Below, piece after piece: positions 47,997 to 60,719 of a stretch of 64,000 nt of DNA. Below the pieces are notes generated by a model. It saw only the letters and a program-made list of their open reading frames with translations, searched no databases and was not told the DNA's origin. Numbering within the stretch: the stretch's first letter is position 1; each line of letters opens with the position of its first letter. Made by a program: the position numbers and the translations under genes. The DNA is from Plasmodiophora brassicae. Lineage: Eukaryota. The stretch spans positions 434,001 through 498,000 of the forward strand of contig CP145418.1 of the NCBI GenBank assembly GCA_036867785.1, in the 5' to 3' direction.

Positions 47997-49752
47997 ATGG
48001 GGATCCTGCTGTGCGTTGCCGTGCTGCTCGGTGGCTGGGCGACAGCGTCTCTGTATCCGAGTGACCTTAATGGCATATACCGGGGCGCGTGGAACAGCGA
48101 CCCGCTGGGGAGCGGGCAGATGTTCATGCAGGTCATCGAAGAGCATGTTGACGACCCGCGGCCGGCGTACCAGCTGATGCGAGGCGAGATCGTTCTTCGT
48201 CAGCATGATGACCCGCACAACGATGCGTACCTCATATTCGCTGGGGCATACGTGCGCGCCACTGGCGCCATGCTGTTGTTCAGCAATGTGCCCAACTGGA
48301 ACCGCCGACCGGATTTCCAGAAATTCGTCGGTAGCCGCAACGGTTCAGAGCAGTACTGGCCAGAGATCGATATGGGCGATGGCGTTGTCCCTGTGAGGAC
48401 GTTCGCTGCCATTGGCAATTGCCGTTTCACCATGGAGCTTCAAGTGCTTCCGTTGATCTTTGGCGATAACCGTGAGTACGACCCAGACACCGGCGATACT
48501 GTCTGGCGTCAGGGCTCGCGGGACATTGATCGGGCCAGCATTCAAGGCATCCTTATCAGTGATGATTGCCACCGTGGGTGTATATCAATAACGAGGGATA
48601 TGGCCGATGTATGCTGATTGCTGTGTGGTTAGTCAATGTGTCAATTGCGACTGCCCGCACACAGTCGACGGTTGTTCTTGATCGTGCCTCGGGTTTCGCC
48701 ACGATGGCATCGGGGTTAACGATCATCCAGATGCTGTTCACGGTTCGTCAAGTTCAGCATACGGGCCGCTTGGGGGAAGTCTCCATGTGGGCGATCGCGC
48801 TCCAATCCCTGCTCGACGCGTATTTGGTACGTTGTTTGAAGGTCAGCCGTCTACATAATCTGACTGTGTACTGTGTGTAGTGTGTGAACCATATTGGTGT
48901 GGCAATGCGCGTCCCAGGTCTGTGGCTCTCTTTCATGGTGCTGACCATGTTCGAATTCCTCTTGTTTTCCCTATTTCAAGTAAGGCTGCTGTTCCTGATA
49001 TGGAAAGCGAATCATCGCAATGCGTTCGATATCGCGACGGCAGAAGAGAGGCGCAATATGATCAACAACCTGAATACGCGGCTTTACATATTCATATTCG
49101 GTGGCCTGCTCCTAATCTTCTACACGGGCCACGACCACGAATTCCTGACAACAATCGTTCTGCACTCACCTTGGGTAGCGCAAATCATCCATAACGTCTG
49201 TACGTCGTCCCATTTGTCAGACGTTCATGCGCGCTTGTCTGAATCATTTATCTAGATTATGATGTTAGCCGAGGGCTTCTTCCCAATTACATTCTTGTCA
49301 TGGCGGCCTCGAGACTGGTTCTCCCTCTGTACCAGTATGGCGACCCTGAGAACTATATGGAAACGCCAACCAACTACACGGTAAGCAGCAGCGTGTGTGG
49401 TCATTGGGTACCTGGGTCTAAATGCCTTTAGTTTTGTTTCTTCCTCGTCCTGTGGGTCGTGACTCAGGTTGCGTTGCTTCTTGGTCAGCACCATCTGGGA
49501 TCGCGATTCTTTATAGCCGGTCGGTTCCTGCCAGCGAAGTACAACTATTATCAGAGCGTGCCGGTGACGAACGAAGACATTTGCGCGATATGCATGATGG
49601 AGATTACCGAAGACGTCGAAACCCAGCAGGAAGAACCGCAGACAATCATGGTGACGCCCTGCAATCATCTGTTTCACAGCATCTGCCTCATCACGTGGAT
49701 GGAACAAAAGATGGAGTGTCCGTCGTGTCGAGGACCTCTACCTTCGCTATAG
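47997..49752 (+). CDS. Tul1/Dsc1-like multipass RING-H2 E3 ubiquitin ligase
   Basis: Signal peptide, lumenal domain, TMs (QSLLDAY; SPWVAQIIHN; GSRFF..FLP..YNY), C-terminal CAICM...TPCNHLFH..CL..WM..KMECPSCR.PLP. Confidence 0.85.
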
Positions 49753-49823
49753 AAATACTTATAAAGTGCCAGCAAACGGACTGTTTCAATGATCGGCTAA
49801 ATGCCCTATATTTCCGGGTGCAA

Positions 49824-50639
49824 TCATGCTGTCGCTTTTTCAAGATAAGCGATGATGTCGCGACGGTCAGCGTCGGACTTCAAGCCGGCGAACACCATCT
49901 TGGTTCCTGTTCATGAGGCATATTAGCAGGCGGTCGTCGTCTCGTGCTGACAGGTTTCAACTTACCCGGGATCATTTTCTTGGGATTGACGAGGTACTGG
50001 TCGAGGGTCTCAGCAGTCCACGTTATACCACTCGTCGTGTTGGCTTTCGTGTACGAGTACCCATCCGCCATGCCGGCCGGGCGTCCCAGCAGCCCATGAA
50101 GATTAGGGCCCTGTTTATGAGCGCCACCCTGTATGCAGCATACTAGTTCACATGCAACTCTTGCACGTGGCAATTCAGAAGCCGATCACTACCTTCTCGA
50201 CGGTGTGGCTAATGTCCCACATGAGTCTCCAGGGCAGACATCATGCAGAGGCGGCGACATACCATGTTGAACATTTGGTCTTGAAAATCTTGGCGCCTTT
50301 GGCAACGGCGGCATCGCCTTCGTTCCCAGTCGTGGCCGATGCCTTCACGGTCTCCGTTTCCGCTTCAGGTGCCGATTCCCCGTCTTTCTTCGTCTCCTTG
50401 CCGTGAGCGGCCACCTTCTTGTTGACTTCCGGCTCCTTCTTGCCGTATGTGCCGCCCTCGACCTCATCCAGAACGTGCTTCAAATACACGACCGCGGCCA
50501 CGGATCCCACTGTAACCAGCGCCAGGCCCACGTGGAATCGACCATCATCGGGTTTCTCGTAGTCAAACTTCGGAAAACTACTCAGCGGGCGACGCGACCT
50601 CGACCGCAATGGCCGCACCAGCGTCCGAATCGAACGCAT
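49824..50639 (-). CDS. Mitochondrial-type cytochrome c with long N-terminal presequence/TM extension (4 exons, 212 aa)
   Basis: Exons 50639-50263, 50208-50193, 50128-49966 and 49906-49824 give ...[33 protein letters not shown]...[17 protein letters not shown]...IIAYL. Confidence 0.92.
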
Positions 50640-50796
50640 TGCCCGCTATTAGGAATCGTCGACCTGGCCGGGTCCCACAAACGCCAAAATAAATACCCCC
50701 ACTGCGGCTCCGTTCACGCGCGGAATACCGAATGCGTTTTCTTCTGCGTTTTTGGGACAAGCCTTACGACTCATTTGTATTTGGTGCAGCTCGCCG

Positions 50797-52387
50797 TCAG
50801 CGGTCTTTGCTGGAGAGGAGACCTTCAAGAGCGTCAACGTCGTTGCACTCTCCGTCGTCGTCGTCGTCGGGGATGTCTTCCCGTTGGACGACGCGTCGAC
50901 GATGTCGCAAGGGCGGTGAGATTGAAATGCCGTGATGGCGACGGGCCGCGGGTGACAGTCCTCTCGGTACGAAGTCGTCGTGACGGGCATCGCCGCCCTT
51001 CCTGATCAACGATTCGATCATTCGCCGGTCAGCGTCGCTGAGTTCGCCAGACGCATCGCCCGTCGTCGACCTATTCTTCTTCGCGAGCTGGTACACAATC
51101 ACGCCGACCGTGACAATGGCAGCGATGGGCAGCTTCTGGAAGCTAAACGACGACGACGATGACGATGGTCCATCCGCCATGTCGCCAGCGAAAACTTGCA
51201 CGGTGTTCGTCCCGGTAACGATCGAGACCATGGCGTGGTGAGTGCCATCCTGAACGGCTGACATCATCTGCCCTCCAACGTCCAGTCGACTCGACAGGGG
51301 TGGCCGTACTCGTTCGATGTTCGTTCCGTTCAGCAGTATCAGCGTGTCGTGTGTCACAGCAAGCACGTATCGTCCGACGGATTTGGCGATGACACCACCG
51401 GGCACGTCAAGCGGGACGACCCAGCGCTGCCGACACGAGTTCCTCGACCGCCGGTCCCCGTCGATGTCGAACACGACCACTTTCGACATTGACGTTCCGA
51501 CGTACACCTGCAAGCAGGTTGTCAGCATCGAATGTTACGACAAGGTCGAATTGCCGTACAAGTGTCGGGTGCCTCGCATCATGCGATACCGACGTAATCC
51601 TATCGTCCGTATCATCTAGCGTGCATTGTTCGGCACCGGGTTCCCCGCCGAACGCTCTGACGAAGCCGACCGTTGACGCCGTCGCGTACGTGACGAATCG
51701 CGGGCGAGCATTGATGACGACATTGATGATCGGATCACTGCTGATCGGCACGCTGATCCGCTCGGTGCCGTTCCGAGTGTAGACGCGTACGACGCCGTCG
51801 ACATCGCCGGTCGCGAACTGCTGCAGGTACCTGAAGTTCTGGACGGCGACGCTGGTAACTGGCGATGGGGATACGACGACGGCGTCGTGGAGCAACGACG
51901 CCACAATGTTCGAACCGGATGCGTACACGGATAACGTCATGGTCTGCAGGATCGCACACAGGGCGACGACGACGAGGTGCTCGTCGCCCTGAGCGAAATC
52001 GATGGCTGCTCTGACAGGAGTACACTGCTGTGGTGGTGCCAGTTCGACGGAAGCGCAGGTCGTGCCATCGTCGTTAAGCAGGAGCAGGGCGGGGGCGGAT
52101 GTCACGACCAGCGTCATTCGTGCCGGGTATGGTCGCCCTGCAACAGGCACGAAGATGGAACGTATCGCAAGAATGTCATTGTCGACAGTTGTCTGCGATA
52201 GACGTTGCAGCGGTCCGCTGCTTCCGACGATCTGGGTCGCTTTCTCGAGCATGTCCACGCGTTGGCGTAACGCTTCCACGTCGGCGCGAAGTGACGATAA
52301 GTCGTCATGGTCAGCGGACGCCAGGTTCGTCAGCACAACGATGAGGACGAGAAACGCGACGCGCCTCGCGGACGTCATCTTTGGCAT
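50797..52387 (-). CDS. Type I membrane protein: signal peptide, short coiled coil, beta-propeller-like ectodomain, TM
   Basis: SP (VAFLVLIVVLTNLASA), LRADVEALRQRVDMLE, WD-like FATGDVDGVVRVY, TM LPIAAIVTVGVIVY; one intron near 51.51-51.56 kb. Confidence 0.6.
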
Positions 52388-52617
52388 GCGAGTCACACAG
52401 TGAACGATGCAATGACGCTACGTAGACTGGAAGTTAGGTCCAACGCGTCCTCCCAGACGGCGCCCTATGGCCCAGGAACAAGCACGAAGAAAACTGTTCA
52501 AGGCATTTGCTAGGTCACGCATGCGATCCAGTAAAGAAACCGAAGAACATTGGATCGAGTCAGGTACGGCCCAATGCTAATTAGCATGTGCGCCGGGCGC
52601 TCGTCGACGTCGTGAAC

Positions 52618-53730
52618 ATGAATGGTTACCTGGTGGTGAACTTGAAGACCGGCCAGCTGATTAGCGCACACGAAGCCGTCGACCAGTTCGGTCTTCAGTC
52701 ACCAGGTCAGGGCGCTCCTCGTTGCTATATACGTGTGCGTGAACCCTGAGTCGTTACTCTTCGTAGACGGTCGTCGCCTCGATGGGCTGTACCTCGGCGG
52801 CGTCGTGTACGCCTTACAGATGACTGCAGCCGGCGTTGTCGAAGACGGCGGTGACGCATCCCAATCGTTGTCGAGTCTGGAGACCTCCGAAACTTCCATA
52901 CAGTTCGCCGTCGACAGCCAGACAAAGACGATGGCGGTTGTCCTGACACCAACAACAGTCTCGGTAGCCACCCGGGGCTGGCTTGCCGAACAAGTCCTGC
53001 AAATGCACCAGGCTCCAGAGAAACCGTCCCGGCGTGCACTGAAATCGCGACTCGAGCTTCGGCTCGCCTGTGATGTCGCCGACGGGTTCGGCGAGGGCCT
53101 GCGCCCCGCCTGGATCATTGTCTCGCAGACGAGTTCGACGTCGAAACGCGATCAGGCCACAACCAGGCCTGATCACCTGTCGCAGACCAGCATTATCCCG
53201 ATAGGAAGTTACAGCGGCCCACGACGGCGACGCCCCAGGCTCGCCCATAGGCTGCTGCTCTGTTGTTCTGCTACCGATCCAGGAAGAACAGAGCCGATGG
53301 CAACCTCCCCTACCAGCAACCTAACAAACACCCGTGTGCTCCAGTTGTCTGAAAAAGAACCTCCATTAACAGGCTAGGACGGCTTCGCGGGACGTGTCGC
53401 TTCTCTGCTAACTGGGTTGGTACAGGGCCCGATTTCGACAGGATTTCATCATCCATTGATGCAGCCGCTGCCCTGCTGCAGGTCGACGAAGGCGGCTCGA
53501 ACAAGGCGACGGCAACGTATCGTGCAATGCAGTTGAACGTGCCACAGAGGACCCTGGTAGTTACTCGGGGCCCTGCCCTGTGGATAGCGATCCCCATTGC
53601 CGAAACCGACACACGGCCGCTGCTAGAGATTCTGTCCCGCGTTCACGATCCACTCATGGCGCTTACCGACGCGCTGACCAACAGAAAGACGCACGCAACG
53701 ATTCGGAAGGCGTTAGGCGGGGGCCTGTAA
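52618..53730 (+). CDS. Uncharacterised multi-exon protein, possibly longin-like N-terminus
   Basis: MNGYLVVNLKTGQLI.. exon 1 splices (GT at 52706) in frame into the 52733 ORF; a final exon ends at 53730. Function is a guess. Confidence 0.4.
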
Positions 53731-53766
53731 ATACAATATTGATGTACTATTGAGAGAACGTTCGGC

Positions 53767-55300
53767 TCAATCCGTTTGGTTCGTAGTCCAGTCGTAAGGT
53801 TGCAGCATCTCTTTGAGTTGGTCGACGCGTCGTGACTGTAGCTCCCTAGGTTCGTTCTTCGCTCTGAGGACAATACTGGCGGGCTCTTCCAGAAGGCCGC
53901 ATACGATCTCGCGCCCGAAGTCTTTCGAGAATTTCGATTCATCCTCGATCACATGTGCAAACCCGGACCGATCGTCACCAAATTCAACGTGGAAGTACGG
54001 GAACCCACCTGGAATCGCGGAACGTATGCCACGACATCGGCTGGTGACGATGACCTTCTTGTGCGACGACCATTCTTCATCCGATTCAAGCAGGGCTTTC
54101 TTGAAGTAGATGGGGGCCTCGTCATAGAGCTCTCGAACCAGCGTGATACAGTCGATCATGCAATGCCGCTTGCTATTCGGAAGTGATGTTTCTAGGAACA
54201 CGACCCCGAGTGATTCAGACGCAAACATCGTAACAAGCCTGTCTTTGATCGCCTGGAGCTCCGCAAACACCGAGTCGTTCATCGACGTCGACGACGCCGT
54301 ATGCTCATTTGGTACAATGAGGCAATGTCCTGCGACGTCATAACGTTAGTCACACGCGTCGTTACCAGCAGCACAGCGTCATACCCAAGCCAAGAGGCGG
54401 ACCGCTAGGAACCTCGATGTGGCAGTACTTGCCAACGCGTACGACGAGATGGTGTTGGAAACGCGGTCCACCCAAACAGTACCAGCAGTTCTCGTTCGGC
54501 TGCCTCTGATTCAGCGGCTTCCTGCCCTTGGCTTTGTCATCCTTGCTCACGAATCTGGATTCATCAGCAGCATCGAACTGGTCATCCGTTGATGCTGCGT
54601 ATCTACGATCGCGAACGACCGCCATCGCTGACTGCATCTGATAATCGGCATACGACTGCATGCGCTCCTCCTGAACCATCGCCTTAATCCCGTCTGCATC
54701 CCTCGCCGGCAGATTCGTCGGGCGATCTCTCGTATCCAAATCAGGAACAATTTCCACACGCGGCCGCGAACGAGCCGCATCGATCTCTGCCTGTAACCGG
54801 TCATGCTCGGCCATGTTACCAGCAATCTTAGCTCGCATGGCTTTCGCAGCAAGCTGGTTCAAGTCAACGTCCACAGTCGTTTCCGATGGACGTTGCGAGG
54901 AAGCGGCCCTGTCATGCCGTCTGGGATCACGCTCAGGAGACCGGCGGGACCTTACTGGGGCAGCAGGTACAGCCCCCTGGTTAATCGATAGTGGATGAGA
55001 GCTCATGTCAGAGGATGCTGCAGAATCCCGTTCACGTGCACGTCGCTCCATACGACGTCGCCAGCTAGCACCACCATCGCCCACGACCTTCGTCGGGCGA
55101 ACGCCAGCCGCCGACAGATCCACTGGGCGTTTCATGCGCGGTGCCGACTCCGGCTCCGGGGCATCGGCCGCGCGCTTGCCGGCCGTCGCAGGCCTGTCGA
55201 ACGCGCCCGTCATCCATTGCTCGCGCTGCTGCGGCGGGTCGGGCGGCGACGGTGCGGACGCCGTCGCCGCCTTCTTCCCGATCCTGATGCCGCTCAACAT
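53767..55300 (-). CDS. CWF19L2: CWF19-like protein 2 (spliceosome disassembly)
   Basis: VGDGGASW, NQLAAKAMRAKI.G, CWYC, VFLET, PIYFKKAL.ESDEEWS.HKK, PYFHVEF, GFAHVIED, PYDWT. Confidence 0.9.
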
Positions 55301-55914
55301 GCCGCGGCGACGCCGAATGTGCGCCCCGCCCCGAGCATCGCACGACTGTCGCACTATTCCGAAACTGCGAGGACGGGGGCCGCCGGGCGCCGAGCTCACC
55401 CGCTGCTGCTGTGGTCGACCATTACAGGTGCGATTATTCGGCGCCGCAACCCGGCGGCTACAAAATGTGCCGGCCAAGATGCGGCCGGCCCCCCCAGTGG
55501 ATGATGCCACGTGGCTGCATGCGTGCATGGCATCGTCCTCGGACAAGGCAATCTTCTTGCTAGGATCGAGCTTCCTGCATCCGGGCACGCCGGAAGACTG
55601 ATAGCAGCGAGAAGGCTGCCTGGCCCGATGTCGAAAACGCACGCTCGCCAATGGCATGGCCGTGACGCGTACAACGGTTCTTTACGGGTTCGCGTCAGGT
55701 GCGGGCTCCTTCATCTTCGTACGCGATAACGCCCGCCGCAAAGGACGATACCTACTCCTGCCGCAAAGGCATTCGATGATGCTCGGTGGGCATCCTCCGT
55801 CTCACCGGTGATCCATAGCAGGTGAAGGGAAGTCCGAACGCCAAGAGTACCATTTAGGTTCAAACTAGGATAGAGGCAGCTGGTCGAAGACGATGCCCGT
55901 CGGTAAGCCGGGAC

Positions 55915-56762
55915 CTAGTCGTCGTCGGCGATTATAGATAGTTTCGGATCGTAGACGACCGACGCGGAGACGAGCTGACCGTACGTCGATGCACGCTGGC
56001 CGCTGCTACAACGGTCATCTTGTTCTCCGGTCCGAACCTGACTCAGTACCGTCAGGAGGCACGCAGAGTCAAGCGCAATGAAGCAGACGTGCGGGCCGAC
56101 CGATTTGAAGTACCCAATGTGATCGACGAACCACGACGGCAAACGGGGCGGTAATGTGACCAGGTCGACATCAAAGAACTCAATGAACTGTTCGTTTACG
56201 AACCTCGATTTCGCACCAGCATAACGCCTGTGCTCGTCAATAACTGAGCGCATCGATGATGAGCGTGGGCAACGTGGGCAAACGCGGAAATAATGGACTA
56301 ACTCGAGGCCATATTCCAGAACTGAAGACGTCGCAAGCATCCAACAAGGATGCCCGTCTCGTGCACGCCCGACGAGCACATGATCATGACCGGGTGGTTG
56401 TCCTCGTTCAATATGAACTCCAGGGAATCCTTGACGAGGTCATCGCTGACGGGCTTCCAGGTTACGTCCGGACGCCACGATTTCAACCCCTGGTGGCACT
56501 GGACGCCCCACGCGTGAACACGTCACATATGCACTCGATGGGCCGGTCGTACGAATCGGATCGACGTCTGGTCGACGAACTCCTTCAACCGCGTCAGTTC
56601 CGACGACAGGTACAGGATCGATCGCAGCTGCAGGCGCTTGACGAACGCGAAATTGTCGGCGCTGAACGCATTGCTCCGGTAGATGCCGTCCTCGACGATG
56701 CCGAATGCGGCCGGCGGCTCCACTGCCAGCGCGTCGCGAACACCAGGCGCGGACGCCGCCAT
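55915..56762 (-). CDS. Siw14/OCA-family (PFA-DSP) phosphatase-like protein, OCA4-type
   Basis: PP..FGIVE.GIYRS, HPVMIMCSSGVHETG..VGCLRRLQ.W, E.RRYAG.K.R..NEQFIE.FD. The CX5R Arg is absent. Confidence 0.8.
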
Positions 56763-56881
56763 CCCGGTGCGCTGCCCCGCACTTCCCTGTCGCGTTCAGG
56801 TGCTGCATCTGGCGTTGACAGTTGCCGAGCTGCACATCGGTGTGCAGTTGTCGCCCCGTGGTCATAAATACCGTCACCAGG

Positions 56882-57928
56882 ATGCTTCGCGCCGTGGTCG
56901 GTACGAGGCGGGCGCTGTCGTCGATGGCGGCGTTGCCTGCGACGCTGCAGGGTCGGTTCCTGATGAACAATCCCGGGAAGCGGGTGCTGCGAGTTCGGGA
57001 CGGGGAAGGCGCCACCTGGTACACGGCGGATCGGGCGCCCGACGGCCAGTCTATCATCGTCGGCGTCGGGGGCACGTCTCTCAACGAGCTATATGATAAG
57101 AAGGAGCGCCTGATCCTGTTCGTCAGTGACTACATTGGTGGTAAAGTTGGGCTCCGAGGGCTTACACGGGTCGATCTTGAACCAAATGGTAACTGCTCAC
57201 CTAGGGCGCTTCTGCTGGCAACGTGTGATGTGTGACGCCCGCAGAGATCGTTATTGATTCATCGAGGCCGCCGCTGACCAAAGCGCAAATCCAGCAACTC
57301 GTTCTGGAGTACGTTCGACATTTGGAGCTTGTCGCCAACGTTCAATGGTGCAGTGCGTTTCCCGTTCCACAGCAATCTGTTCATCGGTGCTTCGGTCGGC
57401 CCGTGCTTGTGTTTGACGGTTGCATCTCTGATTCTGTCAACTATGCAATGCCCGGTCTGACGTATCGGTTCAGATTTCGTTCGATGGTCGGAAAGAGACC
57501 GAGACACAGCGAATAAGTTGCTGGTTAGAATCATGCTGAACGACGAAGTCACGGCAGAGGCCGACGGTGTGGTCGCGCTGACACCGTCCGACTTCCATTA
57601 TGGACGTCTGCCGCCGTCTTCCGCCCTGTTCTTCGGCTCACTTGTTATGAGTGAAACACCCGTTCTCCTGAAGTCCAACAAGACAGATTTGTTCAGGATC
57701 AAAGATACGAGGAAATTTCAAAACCTGTTTCGGCACAAGATCACGGTTCGTTCCTGTTCACCCTTGCATATCGGTACTAACGGCGTCGATCGACAGGAAT
57801 GGGTCACCAGGTCTCCGGTGGGGCATATCTTCGACTCCCCCATCGAACTTGATGGTGCCGCCTGGGCGGGATATGGCCCGGAATTTTCAGACGAGTTTGA
57901 CACGGGAGACTCCCTCACCTGGTTGTAA
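56882..57928 (+). CDS. Uncharacterised, probably mitochondrial protein (multi-exon)
   Basis: Presequence-like MLRAVVGTRRALSS; successive ORF pieces separated by short introns. Confidence 0.5.
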
Positions 57929-58265
57929 TCATTGAACATATTGAATATACGGGGCAGGATGGAAACGTCGTCGCAGCGCCAAGTGCCAACGCTGGCCCTA
58001 AAATCTGCTACTCCCTCTGTCTGGGAATGATTGATAGGTTTCTAGTCAAACTATGTTGAGAATGATTGATAGGTAACGAGTTACAACGAATTACAAGAAC
58101 CTGGGCATCCAGAACGGCCCTCACCGCCCGAACACCTTCCTCGTCGCAGACAATATACACAGGAAGGCGTCCTCGGGTTCGGAGGCACGGCTTGCCTCCC
58201 AAATTTGGGCAAGAGGCGCCGCGCATTCGACGGAAGAGACAACGACGACCATGACCGTGGTGACG

Positions 58266-59892
58266 ATGCATTGTCGTTGGCGCGTGCGATCGCTGGCCCA
58301 CGCACGAACGATGTATAGCGCGTCGTTCCGGGACGGGTTGAAGTCTCAGGCAGGTGGATGGAGCAGAGCGTGACTCGATTGGATGTTTACGTCCCCGACT
58401 GCAGATGGATGAGATGCGTCGCCAGGGGACGTACAAAATCGAGAGGATCCTGACATCGCCGCAAAGCCATTCGATCAGAGTGGCGTCGCGATCGAAACCG
58501 GTCCTGAACTTCTGTGCCAATAACTACCTCGGGTTGTCGAATGATCCCCGACTGGTGGAGCGCGCGAAGCAGACGCTGGATGAACGCGGGTTCGGCCTGT
58601 CTTCCGTCCGGTTCATCTGTGGGACGCAGGACATTCACAAGGAACTGGAAGCGAAGCTGTCGAAGTTCCACGGGACCGAAGATACGATCCTGTACCCGTC
58701 GTGCTTTGACGCTAACGCGGGCCTGTTCGAGGTGTGGACCCAACCGTTGTCCCAGCACTGTCTGACGCGGCTCGCAGGCGATACTGACCGACCAGGACGC
58801 GATCATTAGTGACGCGTTGAACCATGCAAGCATTATTGATGGTATTCGGTTGTGCAAAGCAAAGCGATTGCGGTACGTGCATCTGGATGTCGACGACCTG
58901 GAGGCCAAGCTCGTCGAGGCGAAGGACCAGCGATTCCGCCTGATTGCCACGGATGGTGCATTTTCTATGGATGGTAAATCGGTCGTATCCTGTCCCGGTC
59001 GCGAATGAATGCAACTTTGTTTCCTCTTCCGCAGGCGACGTGGCCCCGTTGAAACAAATCTGCGATTTGGCCGATCAACACGACTCGTTGGTGTTCGTCG
59101 ATGGTGAAAATATATGGAGATTGTCCACACCGACCTGCTACTCATCAGCCTCGTAGACTGTCACGCCACCGGCTTCTTTGGCGCCACTGGCCGCGGGTCG
59201 CCAGAGCACCAGGGCGTTGAGGGTCGCGTCGACGTCATCAATTCGACTCTTGGGAAAGCGCTAGGAGGTTGGCCCCCGTTCTCCTCACTATCCACGTCCG
59301 ATGGCTCATCTGCTCATAACTAGGCGCCACTGGTGGCTATTCGACGGGACGTCGCGAGATAATCGAGATTCTTCGCCAAAAGTCACGCCCGTACCTCTTC
59401 TCGAACGCTCTGGCCCCAGCGGTTGTGGGTGCAGGTCGGCAGGTGCACCTGGGTTGCGATTGCTATTGTATCTGAACGCTCTATTTGCCGGGAAGGCATT
59501 GCCGTCATTGATATGCTTACCGAGTCATCTGGACTGGTGGAGAAACTGGCAACGAACACGAAGAGGTTCCGGACGCGGATGAAGGTTGTCATTCACCACG
59601 GATTAGGCGTCGAAGCTCTGACCCAGTATTACAGGACGCCGGGTTCAACATTCTCGGGTCGCCGGAACATGCAATCGCGCCTGTCCTGTTGGGTGACGCC
59701 GCACTGGCCACCCGCATGGCAGACGACCTTCTCGAACTCGGCATCTATGTGATCGGGTTCAGCTACCCAGTGGTCCCGAAGGACGCCGCCAGGATTCGGG
59801 TCCAGCTGTCTGCTGCTCATTCCCTGGAAGAAGTCGATCAAGCTGTCGACGCGTTCATCGAGGTCGGCAAGAAGTTGAATGTCATCCGTTGA
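58266..59892 (+). CDS. GCAT: 2-amino-3-ketobutyrate CoA ligase (glycine C-acetyltransferase), mitochondrial
   Basis: [77 protein letters not shown]...[11 protein letters not shown]; several introns. Confidence 0.93.
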
Positions 59893-59939
59893 ATCCATAA
59901 AGGGAGACGTCTGCCATACAAGAATAGATAATTATGTAT

Positions 59940-60719
59940 TCAGTGGTGGCCGTGATGTCCCGGCCGATGGTGATCATGTCCATGGTGATCATGCCCATGG
60001 TCAAACCCATGGTGGTGGTGGTCGGAATCATCGTCATGTTCGTCGTGATCATGTCCGTGATGCTCTTCATGGTGGTCATGCCCATGGTGATCATCGTGGT
60101 GGTCATGTCCATGGTGGTGATGATCGTCATCGTCGTCTTCTTCCTCGTCAAGATCGTCCTCGTGATGGTGCGTGCTGTCGCCATTCGCATGCTCGTCGTC
60201 TCTGTCGTTCTCGTCGTGCGAGTGATGCTCGGTTTCATGGTTTTCGCTGTCGTGGTGCTCGTTAGAGTGGGTGTCCGTCCCGGTCACTAGGCACAGGAAT
60301 CAGATGCCAGCACAATTCGGATATGGTGTCCAGTACTACCGGTCGCAGAGATAGCCGCATTGGTCATGACCTTTGCCTTGTCTTTGGCCACGCCTTGCAT
60401 TTCGTGCTCGCCAGCATCCTGGTGGAAGTCTTCGTCTTCTCGTCGCTCGTGCTGATGTTTATGATAGTCGTTGGAAGGGAATCCTAGGTGGTGGTGGTGG
60501 TGGTTTGCCTCATCATGCTCGTGGTCGCTGTCTTCGTCATCTAGATGCTCAAGCTCAGCTTCGTCGTCGTGTCTATGCCAATCTAAGACGGTATCACAAT
60601 GAGCGCATGCGGCAGACATCATTCCCCACTGTGACCATACCACTGTTCCACGAGAGGGTCCTGGGGAGCACGGTCAGGGTTATGACGAGCGCGACGGCCA
60701 CTATGGACGTCGCCTTCAT
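59940..60719 (-). CDS. Secreted His/Asp-rich protein 3 (3 exons, 222 aa), paralog of protein 1
   Basis: Exons 60719-60641, 60582-60340 and 60286-59940; SP MKATSIVAVALVITLTVL; HHGHDH repeats. Confidence 0.8.

Noticed and set aside
56340-56400. Missing CX5R arginine in the PFA-DSP protein as a novelty
   Set aside because: Catalytically degenerate OCA-type members are already known in this family.
58266-59892. Bacterial kbl-like gene as contamination or recent HGT
   Set aside because: It has multiple spliceosomal introns and a presequence-like N-terminus; GCAT is a normal mitochondrial enzyme.
59934-60290. 118-aa Met/Val-rich plus-strand ORF
   Set aside because: Antisense of His/Asp-rich protein 3.
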